A stretch of DNA of 64,000 bases from NCBI RefSeq assembly GCF_018977255.1, contig NW_024704742.1, positions 55,802,001 through 55,866,000 on the forward strand, given 5' to 3'. Shown piece after piece: positions 12,654-25,449 of the stretch (position 1 is the first letter of the stretch; each line of letters starts with the position of its first letter). The translations under genes were made by a program, and so were the position numbers. The stretch comes from Callorhinchus milii (lineage: Eukaryota). Under the pieces are notes generated by a model. That model searched no databases, was not told the origin of the DNA, and was given only the letters and a program-made list of their open reading frames with translations.

Positions 12654-13511
12654 TGTTAGAATTTTATACTTTTGTATAATGTTAGAATCATAATAGATGT
12701 TGCGAACGGGTTAACTTTTAAGTTAAGTGTGGGGGCCAACTGGACTGACACTCATGATTAACACTCAAGAGCAACAAATGGCAACCCTCAAGAAGAGCAG
12801 CTAATGAGCAAGTTGCTTAAACTAGAGGACGTTGGTACCATCCCGGGATACTGATAAGAAATAACCAGTCACTTAAAAGGAATGTATTAATGATCCCACC
12901 TTACAAAATAACAAGCATCAGATAACAGGGGTCTTAAGGACAATGTGTATGTGTGTGAGGCACGTACACCCCATGAGGTGTTCACGTACACCCAGCATGA
13001 TTTCGACCGGGTGATCTAATGTCCGCACCATGATTGGATGAACATTGGTATAAGAGTTCCGTTAACTTTGTGAACGGGGCCGTCCCGGGTCGCGGAGACA
13101 AGGGTACGGGAGATGGGGCTGTCCCGGGTCGCGGAGACAAGGGTACGGGAGATGGGGCCGTCCCAGGTCACGGAGACAAGGGTACGGGAGATGGGGCCAT
13201 CCCGGGCTGCGGAGACAAGGGTATGGGAGATGGAAGACTGAGAGCTGGAAACACTAAGACTGAGGATATCAGATGGAAGATTGAAAGCTGTAAGCAAGAA
13301 GACTGAAAGCATGAAGAATCAAGCTTGTGTGCTGTAAAGACACAGTGTTGAACTCGAGATATCAACGGTGGTATTATTCTGTTATAAGATCTGTTGATTG
13401 TACCGGCCTTTGGTCTGACCCATCGAGATATTGGGGAATAACGAACGAATAATAATAAAACAGTCAGATATCTGGTTCCAAACGGATTATGGCTGATTTT
13501 ATTTTCTAACA
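12654..13511 (+). mobile_element. Solo LTR (858 bp) of an LTR retrotransposon or endogenous retrovirus
   Basis: Termini TGTTAGAA...TTCTAACA (8-bp inverted, TG..CA). 4-bp TSD ACAT at 12650-12653 and 13512-13515. ATTGG and TATAAG near 13033-13054, AATAAA near 13454. CpG-rich. Strand inferred from these signals. Confidence 0.9.
13076..13231. repeat. 4 x 39-bp GC-rich tandem repeat inside the LTR
   Basis: Unit ggggccgtcccgggtcgcggagacaagggtacgggagat; copies start at 13076, 13115, 13154 and 13193 with few substitutions. Confidence 0.95.
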
Positions 13512-13944
13512 ACATCATTACACCTTACATTATAACCTGTGAAGCACTTTACAATATGCTTCCTATGTAAAAGATGCTAAGTCAAATGTAAGGATTATTA
13601 TTAGTTCAATGATTCCTTAAGCATGAACGTGATTTATGCGGATGTGTAGAGCTGGATAATTGTCCAACCGGTTACTCACCCCTCCTACTCACTCCCCTCT
13701 ATTCTTCCTCCCTCCCCTTTTCCCCCCACTCTTCCCTTCCCCCTTCCCCCATACCCACGAGAATGTTCTGAATGCTGAGATCCTAAATCTACAACTTTAT
13801 GATTCGATGCCCGATTTCTCTTCATGAAAAATTCAGGAACTTATTGAATTGAATAATAGAGTATCTGTCTGGATGGTTTCATAATAAAATCAAATTTTCT
13901 AAATTATAAAACTAATAAATGTGTAGAAATAATTTTCCATTGTC

Positions 13945-14140
13945 CAATGACTCCGTCAGTTTATTCAATGAGCAGCTGAATCTCTTAGGCAAGGACCCTG
14001 GTTCAGTCAACCAGTCTGTGCTGACTTAGCTGATCTGAGCCAGAGCAGCACTTGGGGAGTTACAATTGGTCTCAGTGCCTCAGGAAGGGGGGGAATTAGT
14101 TTGGGTCCCCACTCTTGATTGTTATCCAGCAACTCCAGCA
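13945..14140 (+). repeat. Possible ancient SINE-like repeat fragment
   Basis: ctggttcagtc...ctgtgctgacttagctgatctgagccagagcagc...acaattggtctcagtgcc resembles an old repeat I recall from shark genomes. Not verifiable within the window. Confidence 0.35.
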
Positions 14141-14269
14141 AATCTAAGTAAATGTTACATTTTAAGATAAAGATCAGAAACATGAGAAAATCACTAGGAA
14201 TTTCAGACCTTGGTCTTTAAAATGTGATCAGTGATACACATTGCATATTTACAATGTTTGTTTACATGT

Positions 14270-14760
14270 TTGTGTCAGGATGTTACCAGGGATAAGTGGG
14301 TACAGCTATTAAGAAAGATTTGGCAGGTTGGAGCTTTTCTCTCTAGAAATGAGATGATTGACAGATGACCTGATGGAGTGGGTTGAAAGTTATAATCCTT
14401 GTTTTCTTTTTTTGAAAGGATTTGATCGGGCAGATATTGATAAGGCGATTTCCACATGTTTTGAGTCGAAAACAAGTGAGATGAGTATGTTAGAAAGTAG
14501 CAGATTTGAAAGGGAGTTTAGGAGGAACTTCTTCTTGCAGAGGGTGATGAGAATGTGGAACTCATTGTCAGAAGCTGTGGTTGAAGTTAAATTCATCAAT
14601 GCATTTAAGAGGAAACGTGATGCACATACTTCAGGGAGAAGGGAATAGAGGGGCACAGGAGAGGGGAAAAGGAGGGGTGGAAGCTTGTATGGAGTATTAA
14701 CACCGGAACAGACTAGTTGGGCCAAATGCCACACTGTATCATTCCTGGTAATTCTATTGG
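14270..14760 (+). mobile_element. CR1 LINE 3' fragment
   Basis: Translates to ...RRNFFLQRVMRMWNSLSEAVVEVKFINAFKRK, the CR1 ORF2 terminal motif. Confidence 0.85.
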
Positions 14761-15239
14761 AGGTTGGTGCTCCAGAGCTATGCACTCCGAGACACTACAT
14801 TGCGTGAAGGGTGCTATATAAAAGCAAGTTTCTGTTGATGAATCTGTACATGCAGTGAAGACCAGATTGGCTCTGCTATAATTCCCTTGGGGTTAAATAT
14901 CTTGTAGTGTGCTGCTTCCTACCCAGGGAGGAGCAGACAGATTAGCTTGCAATACAGATCAGTTTTTGAACTGGTGCTTTTGAAAGGAGGACACCTAGAC
15001 ATCAAAGCAAAGTGCTTGCAAGGAAACATTCTGGGGGAGGAGGAAAAGGAGAACAAAGGGTGAAAGAAGGGGAAAGTAATAAAATGGAGAGTATTTTTTT
15101 ATACTGATGCTTGGAGCATATTGACATAAGTTTGTGGAATTGAAAACATATGTTTCAAGAAAAATGCAATGTAGATTGAATAAAAGAGACCATGTTAAAT
15201 CAGAACATTGACTGGAAAATTAAAATACCAGGGCATAAT

Positions 15240-16100
15240 GCAGGTTTGAAAGCTATTCTGGATCTAGTAATCTTTAGTAATCACCCATGCATTGTACTTA
15301 AGGTAGAAATAGAGAAGAGGTGAGGACACAGTGATCATAATGCCAATTAAATAGAAATCTAACAAGTCTAGCCACACAATATTGAACTTAAATAGAGCAG
15401 ACTTTGAAAGAGCGTAAAACTAGTTCAAAGAGTTTAACTGGAATACAGTAACAAGGGAAAATCTACAGTAGAAAAGTGTGAAGTATTTAAAGGAATGCTT
15501 CAATCGAATCAATGCAGATTGACTAAAGGGCAACATGATTCAATGGAAATGCACAGAGATGTTTTGGGGTAAACAGAAAACTTTAAAAGGACAAGAAAAC
15601 TAGGTATTAGGATGATTGAATACATTTTTTTTTAAAAAGCCAAACAAAAGCAAGTTTATAAAATTAAGGAGTTAAGAGAAACATTAGACATAAATTGCTG
15701 AGAACTCTGAAAAGGTTTATTTTGAAATATATTGTATGCAAAAGGCCAAAGAAAGTATGAGCCCACTTCAAATGACAGTGGGAAGCTGGAATTTGGGAAC
15801 AAAAGAAATAGATGAGCTGTTAAATAGTTACATAGCCGTGGAAGAGGAAGAGAAGTCAGAAAGCAGATTTTCAGGAATGCCAGAGGAGTAGCAGAAAAAC
15901 TCTGAAAATAGACAAAGAACTTGGTCTGGATAATATAGACCCTTATGCCTTAAATTAGATTAAATTACTGACACTTTAACTACATTTTTTGGTACATTTA
16001 CGGTTCCTGTGGATAAAACAGATAACAATTACATCATGTAACAAGATAATAGATGAACATGTTTAACACTAATTATAGGGATTTGTTAATGGATTCAAAC
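15240..16100 (+). mobile_element. Highly decayed CR1 ORF2 fragment (endonuclease end and linker)
   Basis: Remnant LDLV (ctggatctagta), SDHN (agtgatcataat) and LNLNRADFE motifs; parallels 57291-57866. Confidence 0.6.
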
Positions 16101-17875
16101 AGAATCAGATACATTTTGGGAGAGATGGGGTGGATTTTCTGGAAGGATGAGATCAAATGGGCTGAAGGGCTTCTGTTTTTTTTGGTTTCCAAGCAAGGGA
16201 GAAGGGGGAGGAGAAGATGAGGTGACCACAGATGTGGGCAAAGAAGTAGAAGGAGGAAGTTCCCAAGGTTAGGTGAACAGTAGCTGAAAGTTCTGTCACT
16301 AATGGTGGTGCAGAGAAGGTGGGGAATGCACAGCAAGCCTAAGTTAGCCGAGTGAAGGGGGTGAGCAAAAGATTGGGGAGATCACAGAAATAAGGAGGAT
16401 ATAGAGTGCGAAGGGAATTATAGGTAAACATGAGGACCTTGAAATTTCCTTACCAGGAAGTTTGTAGGGAGTTCCTGTTACTTTGTGTCCACCTAATGAG
16501 GGTTCAAAGATCCACTTATTCGGTGTCAAATAATCAACTAGTAACTATCATCCTGGAAGGAAGGTGAATGAGATCTCCTTGGGGTTGAACTAGCACATCA
16601 AGGTGATGTGCTTGGCAATGAAATGTCAAATTGAGCCAACTCTCTGAGGTGCTGCATTGTCATAAGTGCTGTGCATTGGAAGACACATTAATCTAATGTC
16701 CTGTCTGCCATTTCATTCACTGGCTGTTTATAGGATTTTATAGTATGCAAATTTGCTGACATGTTTGACTGTAAAATACAGTTAGTGTACTGTACAGTAA
16801 ATCATGTTAAGTGTTTCAAGTATTTAGACATCATGATAAGTCACTGAATAAAAAGCAAGGAAGTTTATTATTTTTAATGCAATTGGGCTTAATGCACTGC
16901 TCAATGCAATTTCGGGCCTGCTTTTTGCAAATGTGACCCCGTGCCAAAACTCTACTGGGAACAAAACAGAACAGGAATTAATTTTCTTGCAAGTTAGATA
17001 GAAGATTTGCTGTTGCGTAAGGACATGCTAGGAATCAATTGCTTCTGTCTTTGTCAGAGACACACGCTCATCAGATTTTAAACCGTGACTCCTTTTGAAA
17101 TGTTTTCAATGCTTTCACTTAAATATTTTTCTATAAAAAAATATTTATAGGGTAGAGTGAATTCATCAAGCCATTTCTATAATTATTGAAAACTAATAAT
17201 TTTAGTGCAACACCTCTTCCAATCATTGTTTGGATGATAAAATCTGCATTCTAAGGACTTCATTAAGTAGGGTGCTCAGCACATTTGTATTTCCAATCCC
17301 ACTATCCAGCTTTAGATTACCCTTATAAAGAAAAAATACTATATTTATGCAAGTGTCACATTTACCGATATGTCACCATTTAAGCCCTGTCCAGGTAATG
17401 ACCTTCAGACCAGCACATATCTAGACTTGCAAAGGGTCGGAGGAGTATAGATTTGGGGGGGTGGGGAGGGGGGGCTGGGCTACAGCCATCTGTCTGGTGA
17501 CCAGATGGAGCATGCACTGTGAGACTGTGTATGTTATCAGCACGAGGATAGACCAACATCCATGAAGAAATAAACAGGAGAGAATGACAAAATTAGCTTC
17601 TCTGTGCAGAGTGCAATGACTACAGCTGGTGGAACCTGGAGAAACAGGAAAAAAATGTCTCATCAACCAGTCACGAACCTCAAAATAGTCAAACTGGCAA
17701 CTCTGGGATAAACGCAGCACAGATAATGGTCCTTGGTGAAAGATTGTCTGCAGAATATTTTCTTTGCAGTTGCCTGTCTATTATCTTTACCCATATGTTT
17801 GGTAATGTTCCTGATGAACTGAAAATAATTTCTAGTGCGAAGGCCAAATTTAGTAGATACTAGTTCAGAATTCTT

Positions 17876-18098
17876 ATAATAATAATTCTTACATTTGATA
17901 TATCACATTATATAATACTAGACTTATCATGTTATTGAGACGTCTCAAAGTGTTTCACAGAATAAGTGAATTAACTGTGTATTTTGTTCGTGAAACATAG
18001 CAGCCAATTGCACACAGCAGTGTTCCACAAACAGTCATGGATTGAGTTATCACATTTTTTTGACAGGGTTCCTACTTACTGTAAGGTAAACAGACTTT
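17876..18098 (-). mobile_element. Younger Deu-core SINE, 5'-truncated
   Basis: Antisense tail taataataattcttacatttgatat and core gcagccaattgcacacagcagtgttccacaaacag. Confidence 0.75.
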
Positions 18099-19511
18099 TT
18101 AAAAAAAAATTATTTCAGTTATTAACAATTTGCTTAAGATTTTAATGGTGACATTAAATGTATTGTCTACTACACCACAGCTATTATGCCATTACACTCA
18201 GTGACAGTAATACTGTGTGCATTTTGTAAGCCAAAATGATGAGCTGAATTTTCCAATTATAGTAGGGCTTGGGTTGTCTGCAGTCTAAACGCATAACAGA
18301 CTTTCTCTGTGCCTTTAGGGATTCAAGACATCAAACAATAGCCTGTGATTTTTAATATATTTAGTCTGAGTTTGCTTTTAATCCAATTTTCTCTCCCACA
18401 AAGTCTTCTCATGAAGACTGGTGCTGGGGAACAGTTCAACACGCATCAGTAGCTCCGCTTGCCAAATAGTTATGCAGTATGAACCTAAATTGGCAGGTGT
18501 GCTAACCATTGCAGGTGCAGGTCTAACTAATGAAAAAGATTACAGGCATACAAGCAAAAACGTGTTAATTGCATAATTAAGAGGGCCTGTAATTCTCTCG
18601 TTAAACATAAGTCTGGACATGGTTAGCCCGGCCCACAAATTGGACCCTAGTGACTGTCAGCAGGGTCTTTGAATGCGAAGATATATCACAACAGGACTCA
18701 GTGTTTGCTGATATACCTCTTGCATTTGATATATTGCCTTACATATCAGGAGGACATCTCAAAGCGTTTCACAGGATATATGACTGTGTATTGTGTAGGC
18801 AAATATCTACAAGTGAATTCTATAAATTCTGACGTAGCTGAGATCGACTAATGTAAAATCGAACATGAGACTTCCTTTTATGGCTCAGTACCAATTCTTG
18901 AGCTTTTCGGGGTGACTGATATGATTCATTTGCCTGTGTGAAAGCTTTTGTTCCATAGTGCTGGAGTTAACAGGGTTGAAAAATCATATGCTTGTCACAG
19001 GGGGAAAAAGATTAATGGTTGAATTTCCTTATTAACTAAGAGAAGGTAAAAACTATTGATTTCCATTATTTCAGCACAGGTCATTCCTTTTGATTTGTAC
19101 AATTTGGTTGAATAGACCAGTCGTATTGCTCTAATGTCTTGAAACAATCTTGTACATCCATTTCTCTGGAGCAGTATATGAAGAATTCCACACCTTTCAA
19201 TCAGTCTCCATGTTTGAATCAGACCCCTCTTTCCATTACCCAAGGCACATTTAAATTCTCTAGCATTTATATGGCTGCTACAAATACAAATTCTAGCAAG
19301 TGTCAATGCAAACCTTCTATTTGCTACCGTCTTTATCCTAAAAATACTTCAGCGCAGACAATACATTACTTACAGATTGCTCAACTCCATTAGAGCTTTG
19401 TTTCACAGGATTGAGAACATGTCTGTACCATTAGATGAGACAAATAATGCCGATGGGTTATGAATATTTCCCTTGGATCCAGTTCAGCCCCAGAGAAACC
19501 CTACTTTCCTT

Positions 19512-19610
19512 CATAGAATCATAGAATCATGTAGCACAGAAGGAGGCCATTCAGCCCATCATGTAGCACAGAAGAAGGCCATTCAGCCCAGCCGGCTCTT
19601 TGAAAAGAAG
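19512..19610 (-). mobile_element. CR1 3' terminus with a 32-bp tandem duplication
   Basis: catagaatcatagaatcat is the reverse complement of the CR1 (ATTCTATG)n terminus. atcatgtagcacagaaggaggccattcagccc occurs at 19526 and 19558 with one mismatch. Confidence 0.85.
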
Positions 19611-20851
19611 AGCCTTCATCCAACTCCGCCCTCACTTTGGCAATAGGCTGTATTATTTTGGAAAAGTACTCATCTTATTATCCTCAAAAGGTGAATGGTT
19701 GAATGGTGCCTAGCTGTATGAAATGAGACATTTGGATGAGACTTTAAACTAAGGTGTCTGTCTGTTTAGGTGAACGTTAAGGATCCCACAACACCATTTG
19801 AAAAGAAAAGGGTGTTTCTCCCGGTGAACTGACAATCAATAATCCAGATAAAAATTGGTCATTCAATTCATGGCTGTTTGTGGGACATTACTATGTGAGA
19901 ATCGACTGCTGCATTTACCTACACAGAGAAATACACAGACAAATGATATTATATCAATGTGGGCTGCGCACAGGTTTTGCATTGTTCCCCTGAGTTGAGA
20001 TGCTTGTCAATATCAAAAGTGGTGGTAGACAGAATTATTTAATTTACTAGTGTCTTATACAAAAAAGGTCCTTGGTTTCAGGAGAGCAAAATAATTCTCT
20101 GTACTTCTCTCATTAAAGTAAAAGTAAAAATGATGGTTTTCCTTTGAATTTTCAATTCCAGACACAGATTTTTTCTAAATTCTGATTTCAAAAGAACAAT
20201 TTAATTTATGTGAAAATGCTATATCCAAAGAGAAAATACCAGAGGCCACCAAGTCAATGAAAATAATAACGCTGTAGTATTGATTGCCTCTTTTGCAATC
20301 TAAAAAGACAAAGAACTCACTTATTACCTTTTTTATTAAATGTATTGGTATGCAAGCATATTGAGTAGGCTTCAAGACAGAACAGGAAAGGAGTTAATAA
20401 TTCAAGTCTCAATATATGAATTTTAAGATTGCAAATATATTAATTATTATCTTTGCTTGAAGGCTAAAACGGTTGTGTGCTTCCAGCTAAAGAGCAATCT
20501 AGTAAATTAAAGCATAGGATTCTCAGAACAGTTCTTTATTGCTAATCTGTAGGATTTTACTTTTTTGTTTGTTTTGGACAATTTTCTTTCCTCGACTCTT
20601 GAAGTTTTGATTCTTGCTGTGGTACAGTTTGAGAGGCAATAGACATCTTCCAATACCTCAAATAAACTTCTGGTGTGAGGATAAAACATTGAGTTCCAAA
20701 AGACCATCACTGTTGCACTATCCCAGTCGACAATATGCTGTTAATCAACCAATGTCCATGCACAATAAACTTTCTACCAGGAGGACCCTGTGTAGTGATC
20801 AGGAAATGCAACTTTGGGCTTATGTTTCCCTTCTCTTCATATAACCTGGCT

Positions 20852-21420
20852 GTCAGTCTGACTCAGTGGTGGAACTCTCGCCTCTGAGTCAGAAGGTTTA
20901 GGGTTCAATCCCCACATTGGGACTTGGAATCAAATAGTCTAAGCTGACCCTTCAATTGCAGTGCTGGGGGGAGTGGAACGGTTGCTCTATCAGAAGTGCC
21001 ATAATAATAACAATCCTTGCATTTGATATAGCATCTTATCACATCTTTGAGACGTCTCAAAGCGCTTCACAGAATATACTGTAAAGTGAATTGGCTGTAT
21101 ATTTTGTGGGTGAAACATCCTTCGGATGGGATGTTAAACCAAGGTTCCTTCTGCCTGTTCAGATGGACCTTAAAGATCCCATGGAACTATTCAAAAGGAG
21201 AAGGGAATTTCTCCTGGTGTCCTGGTCAGCAAATCCCTCAAATAAAATTGGTCACTTACTCACTTTATGGCTATTTGAGGGACATTGCTGTGCACTATTT
21301 GGTGCCACATTTTGCCCACAAAATACAGTCAAATCCACTCTAGAGTACATCCTGTGAAGCATTTTGAGACGTTACGACAAAATAAGGTACTATTTATCAA
21401 GTGCAAGGATTATTATTATA
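20852..21420 (+). mobile_element. Old Deu-core SINE, full length, with a nested antisense SINE 3' fragment (about 21001-21112)
   Basis: Head tgactcagtggtggaactctcgcctctgagtcagaaggtttagggttcaatccc; interrupted by ataataataacaatccttgcatttgatatagc...; resumes catccttcggatgggatgttaaacc; tail ggattattatta. Confidence 0.85.
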
Positions 21421-22488
21421 TTCTTATTACAGACCAGGAATTGTACCTGTGTGTTTTCTGAATGTACTATGGTGCTATACTACCTAACACCTTTATGAAA
21501 GGGAGCAGAGAGAAGCTCCTTTAGCATTTAGTTAATTTATTTAATCCTTATTTAACTTAATTATTTCTGATAGCATTAAAAAATTAAATAGAAGGATTCT
21601 TAATTCAACAAGCAACAAAAAAAGATAATGGGAGCGAAATTGCATGCTAAACTTTAATGATTTAAATTAAGATACCCCCTATAATTTGGAGAGGTATGAG
21701 AAACCAGTGCATTAATGTTACACTGAAAATTCCTGCCCTTGATTTGTGTCAATTGAATCGGAAAATGGTATTTATGTCCAGCTCCTGTAAAAGTACTAAG
21801 TTATCCATTTGTTTTGGATGTGTTCTTATAAGTTGGAAATTGTATATATTTTTCCTGTGATCTTGAGACTGTACATACTCAACTCTCTGGAACAATGTAT
21901 AGCGTACATTGTGTTGGTGGTAGAGAGACTGGAAAGCTAACATCAAGCAATTTTTATACAGCATTTTCCATCAAATCATGGGTGGCAAGTTACTTTAAAT
22001 TGGTTTTATCAAACTCGTCACATTGTCATCACTGAGCATGTGTCACCTAGGGCTGCATCATCACCTCTGTGATAAAATAGAGGTTTTCCATAAGAGCTCT
22101 GGCATTAGACCATAAGGAGGAAAGGGACGAAGCTGCAAATCTTGCAAAGAGGAGTCAATGGGAAGCTGAGTTTGAAGTGTAAGCATGGAGAAGTTATGTA
22201 TTTACTGTATTTTTTGTAGGTGATTGCAGCAGCTAATTTGCACTGTCCTACAAACAGCCATGAAGAGAATGAACAATTTTTGTTTGAGATGTTGTTGGCC
22301 TGATCATCAAGAGAAACTTACCACAAGAAGAATAAATGAGAAACATTAAGGAAGCAGTCTGTCCAGCTAGGGTATATATTCTGGCTCTAGGCCCAATAGG
22401 ACAGTACATGCGCCTCATGTACATAACTCAGAGCAAAAAGGAGGCTGAGAAACATTTCAGTAAATATTCACATAGCAACAACAACAAC

Positions 22489-22799
22489 GTGGAGTCCTGT
22501 AGCTCAGTGGTTAGAGCACTCGCTTTGCAAGTGAGAGACCTGAGTTCAATTCCAGGCAGAGGGCGAAACCTTGGGCAAGTTTCCTTACTCCACACGCCTA
22601 ATAATAATCCCTCAAAAAAAAACACAACAATAAATTGGTCATTTTCAATCTACGACTGCTTGTGGGACATTGCTGTGCGCAATTGGCTGCCGCGTTCGCC
22701 CACAAATATTTAGTCAATTCACTTTACAGTGTGTTCTGTGAAGCGCTTTGGGATGTCCTCCTGACGTGAAAAGCGCTATATCAAATGCAAGGATTATTA
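22489..22799 (+). mobile_element. Young full-length SINE: tRNA-Ala-like head, Deu core, L2-type tail
   Basis: A box TAGCTCAGTGG, anticodon-like loop TTTGCAA (TGC), B box GAGTTCAATTCC, core gggacattgctgtgcgcaattggctgccgcgttcgccc. Nearly identical to 50747-51060. Confidence 0.92.
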
Positions 22800-24589
22800 A
22801 CAACAAATTGCATTTCTATTGCGCCTTTCAAGTCAGGAGGACATCCCGATGTGAAAGACGCTATATAACAGGGTGAGATGGATGACTAAATGATAATTCT
22901 TAATTCTTAGGCTTTTAGTTTGAGTGATGGTAAAAGAGTTTAGCTAATTTCTAAACTTTAACATAGCATTAAATTGAACATCAATGTGTTTTCTTGTACT
23001 TGGTTAATTTCAATTTAGCTATACTTTTATGAATGTAATAGGACTATTTTATTATGACGCCAATCCTACAATAACTTTATTTTAAATTGGCCAAGGGATT
23101 CACGGCCACACTATTAAATGCTTAAACATCTCCTAATAACTTCTCCTCAACCATGCATTCCTAATGTTAAAGGCTTGAGGTGTTCTTTACCTAAAGGGAG
23201 CTACATAAATCAAGATTGTTGTTGTTATAAACAGAAACGCAAATGTTGAAATGCTCTGTAGAACACAATAGTTTATATTCTTTTGTAGCTACAGTAATTC
23301 ACTTGTGTGATGCAAGATGTTAGTGTTGAATAACATAGCTTGCCAATGTTAGATTTGATATTCACTCCATTATTTTGAGGGTCAAAGAGAAATTAAAAAG
23401 GTTTATCTTCTGGGACACAGTCAATGCAGCAATTTTCCTCCCTCATAAGATAAAAAAAAGTTGGTGTGGGGAGAGAAAGGGAAGTGCAAATTGTACTTTG
23501 CCCATTGGAAGAAGAGGATGGAATAAACTTTCATTCCAGTGTGTATAAAAGAACACTGTATATGTATCTGGATGATCTTGCCATTGACAAAATTGACTAC
23601 TTATCTACACTTTGAAAAATATCACTATATAAGAAAATTATTATTAATGGACTATAGAGATGTTGATCTCAATGCCGCTAGCTTGTAATTATTTTAGTAG
23701 ACACAATCTTTATTGTAAACTGGGTCAAAAACTTATATAGCAATATAACTTATATATTAGTAATTCCTACAATCACTGCCTAAAATTGGGAGATTAAAGT
23801 CTATTGATTTAGAAAATTCAAGTTTTTTTGTTGTTCCTATCAAGTTAAGGAATATGAGGCTGTGAATAGAATATGTTTCCGCTTTATGGATCTAGTCTCA
23901 CTCCTAAGACAGGAAAAGCATTGGTTGGAAACAAAGTAAATTCCCTCAAAAAGCACCTTGCTTGCAATTGAGGAAGGTACAGTGAGGCTGGCAATTTAAT
24001 GTTGTTAGTGTGACCTGTTGGGGACAATGATTTTTTTCGTATAGAACTGGTTTCACTCGAGATACTTTTATTCCATCTGTCAAAGCTGCTCTTGAACTCA
24101 GGTACCAGAGGTAAAGAGGAGAGTTATTGTTACCCGCTGAACCATTCATTTCTCTCTTGGCGCAATGGATAGTTTGTGACTTGCATCCCGTTAAAGTTAC
24201 AAATGACAGTCTACAAGAAATATAAGGTAGAAATTTTTTTGTTTGTTTTGTGAGCCAGCTGGTTGCAATTCAAGCATAATATATTATGAATTTCTTAAAT
24301 GTGCAACAATAGAACGCTGATCATATTCCCATATGAATTGAGAAGTACTCAATGGATATGCTAGTCTTTGTCAATAGAAGGTTGAAAGTGACCTAGGCAA
24401 GTTTAAGTGAATAATCACTCACATTGTTCAAGCAATGTAAGGCAGCAATAAACAAGGTAAACAGCATGTTGGGCATTCTGTTTGAAGAGTTTCATATTCT
24501 CAAGCTGTGTTTTTTTATAAAACGTTCTATTCTGTCTTTCAAAGACTATTAAAACTCTTAACTAATACAGCTTCATCAATACAACAACA

Positions 24590-24900
24590 GCAACTTGCAT
24601 TTATATTCTATCCTGCATGTAATATAATGCCTCAGAGTGCTTCATGTTGGCAGGGCTGGACACCAAGGTGGGAGAAAAGGGGGGAGAGGAGGAAGTGATA
24701 ATATGCATAGCTGCAATGATAGGTTTTAAGGTTGGATTTGAAGATAGCTAACAAGACAAAGTGATAGAGGCAGAGATTTTCAGAGATTGACGGTGTAATC
24801 ACTGAAAGCTCGGCCACCGATGGTGGGGGACCCACAGCAGGTCTGTAGGGGGCAGGCAGAGGAGTGGGGTGCAATGAGATCAATAAGTTTAAAGGAATAC
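24590..24900 (-). mobile_element. Old L2 3' fragment
   Basis: Antisense tail caacaacagcaacttgcatttatat and ctgaaagctcggccaccgatggtgggg (reverse complement encodes PTIGGRAFS). Confidence 0.7.
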
Positions 24901-25449
24901 ATTGAGGTGTTTCAGAAATCTTACTCATTCAGCAATCGCTCCTGATACAGACTTAATTTTCTCGCTTTCAAGCAACACTGAAGCTATTGTTAACAAGGAT
25001 TTTGAATGTGCCTTTGTCACAAATTCTGGCATGATATTGCTTGTAATATAAATAAGAGGGTTGGTTGGACAATTATCATTAGCCCGAACCATATTTTGTT
25101 CCATTATGGTTTTACAGCTAAAACCTACAATTATAGTTTGAATTTGGACTATGTTTTTAAGTCCAATTCTACATTACTAAAATTGAACTAAATTTCAAGA
25201 AATTAAGGTTCAATTGCAATAATCTGCTTCAAGAAACTGTTGATATTTTTATATTGATATTACTCTTTGTACAATTTAGAATCATGTATGTTATGAAATA
25301 TTGAGCTAATTTCATGTCACAATACCAAACTAGAAAATTTAACAAAAATGAAATACAAGTTAAAGAATACTTCAAGCAGCATTGGTGTTGAACACAACAT
25401 TTGCAAATCAGAGGTTGTAAATTGTGCATTTCAATTTGCAACTGAAATT

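Larger units (their letters stand above)
12310..13603 (+). mobile_element. Old Deu-core SINE split by an LTR insertion (12310-12653 and 13512-13603)
   Basis: SINE sequence stops at tttgcctacaaaatacacat and resumes after the LTR with ...cctgtgaagcacttt...aaatgtaaggattattatta. Confidence 0.85.

Noticed and set aside
13034..13306. Gly-rich repeat protein or CRISPR-like array
   Set aside because: The units are contiguous with no unique spacers and lie inside an LTR; the open frame is a by-product of a 39-bp GC-rich unit.
22489..22562. tRNA-Ala gene (also at about 50990-51060 and 62305-62370)
   Set aside because: The acceptor stem is not intact and the sequence runs directly into the SINE core and tail, so these are SINE heads.
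23946..24210. Minus-strand coding exon after the acceptor-like ttatatttcttgtag
   Set aside because: The translations resemble no protein I recognise and no partner exons can be linked.
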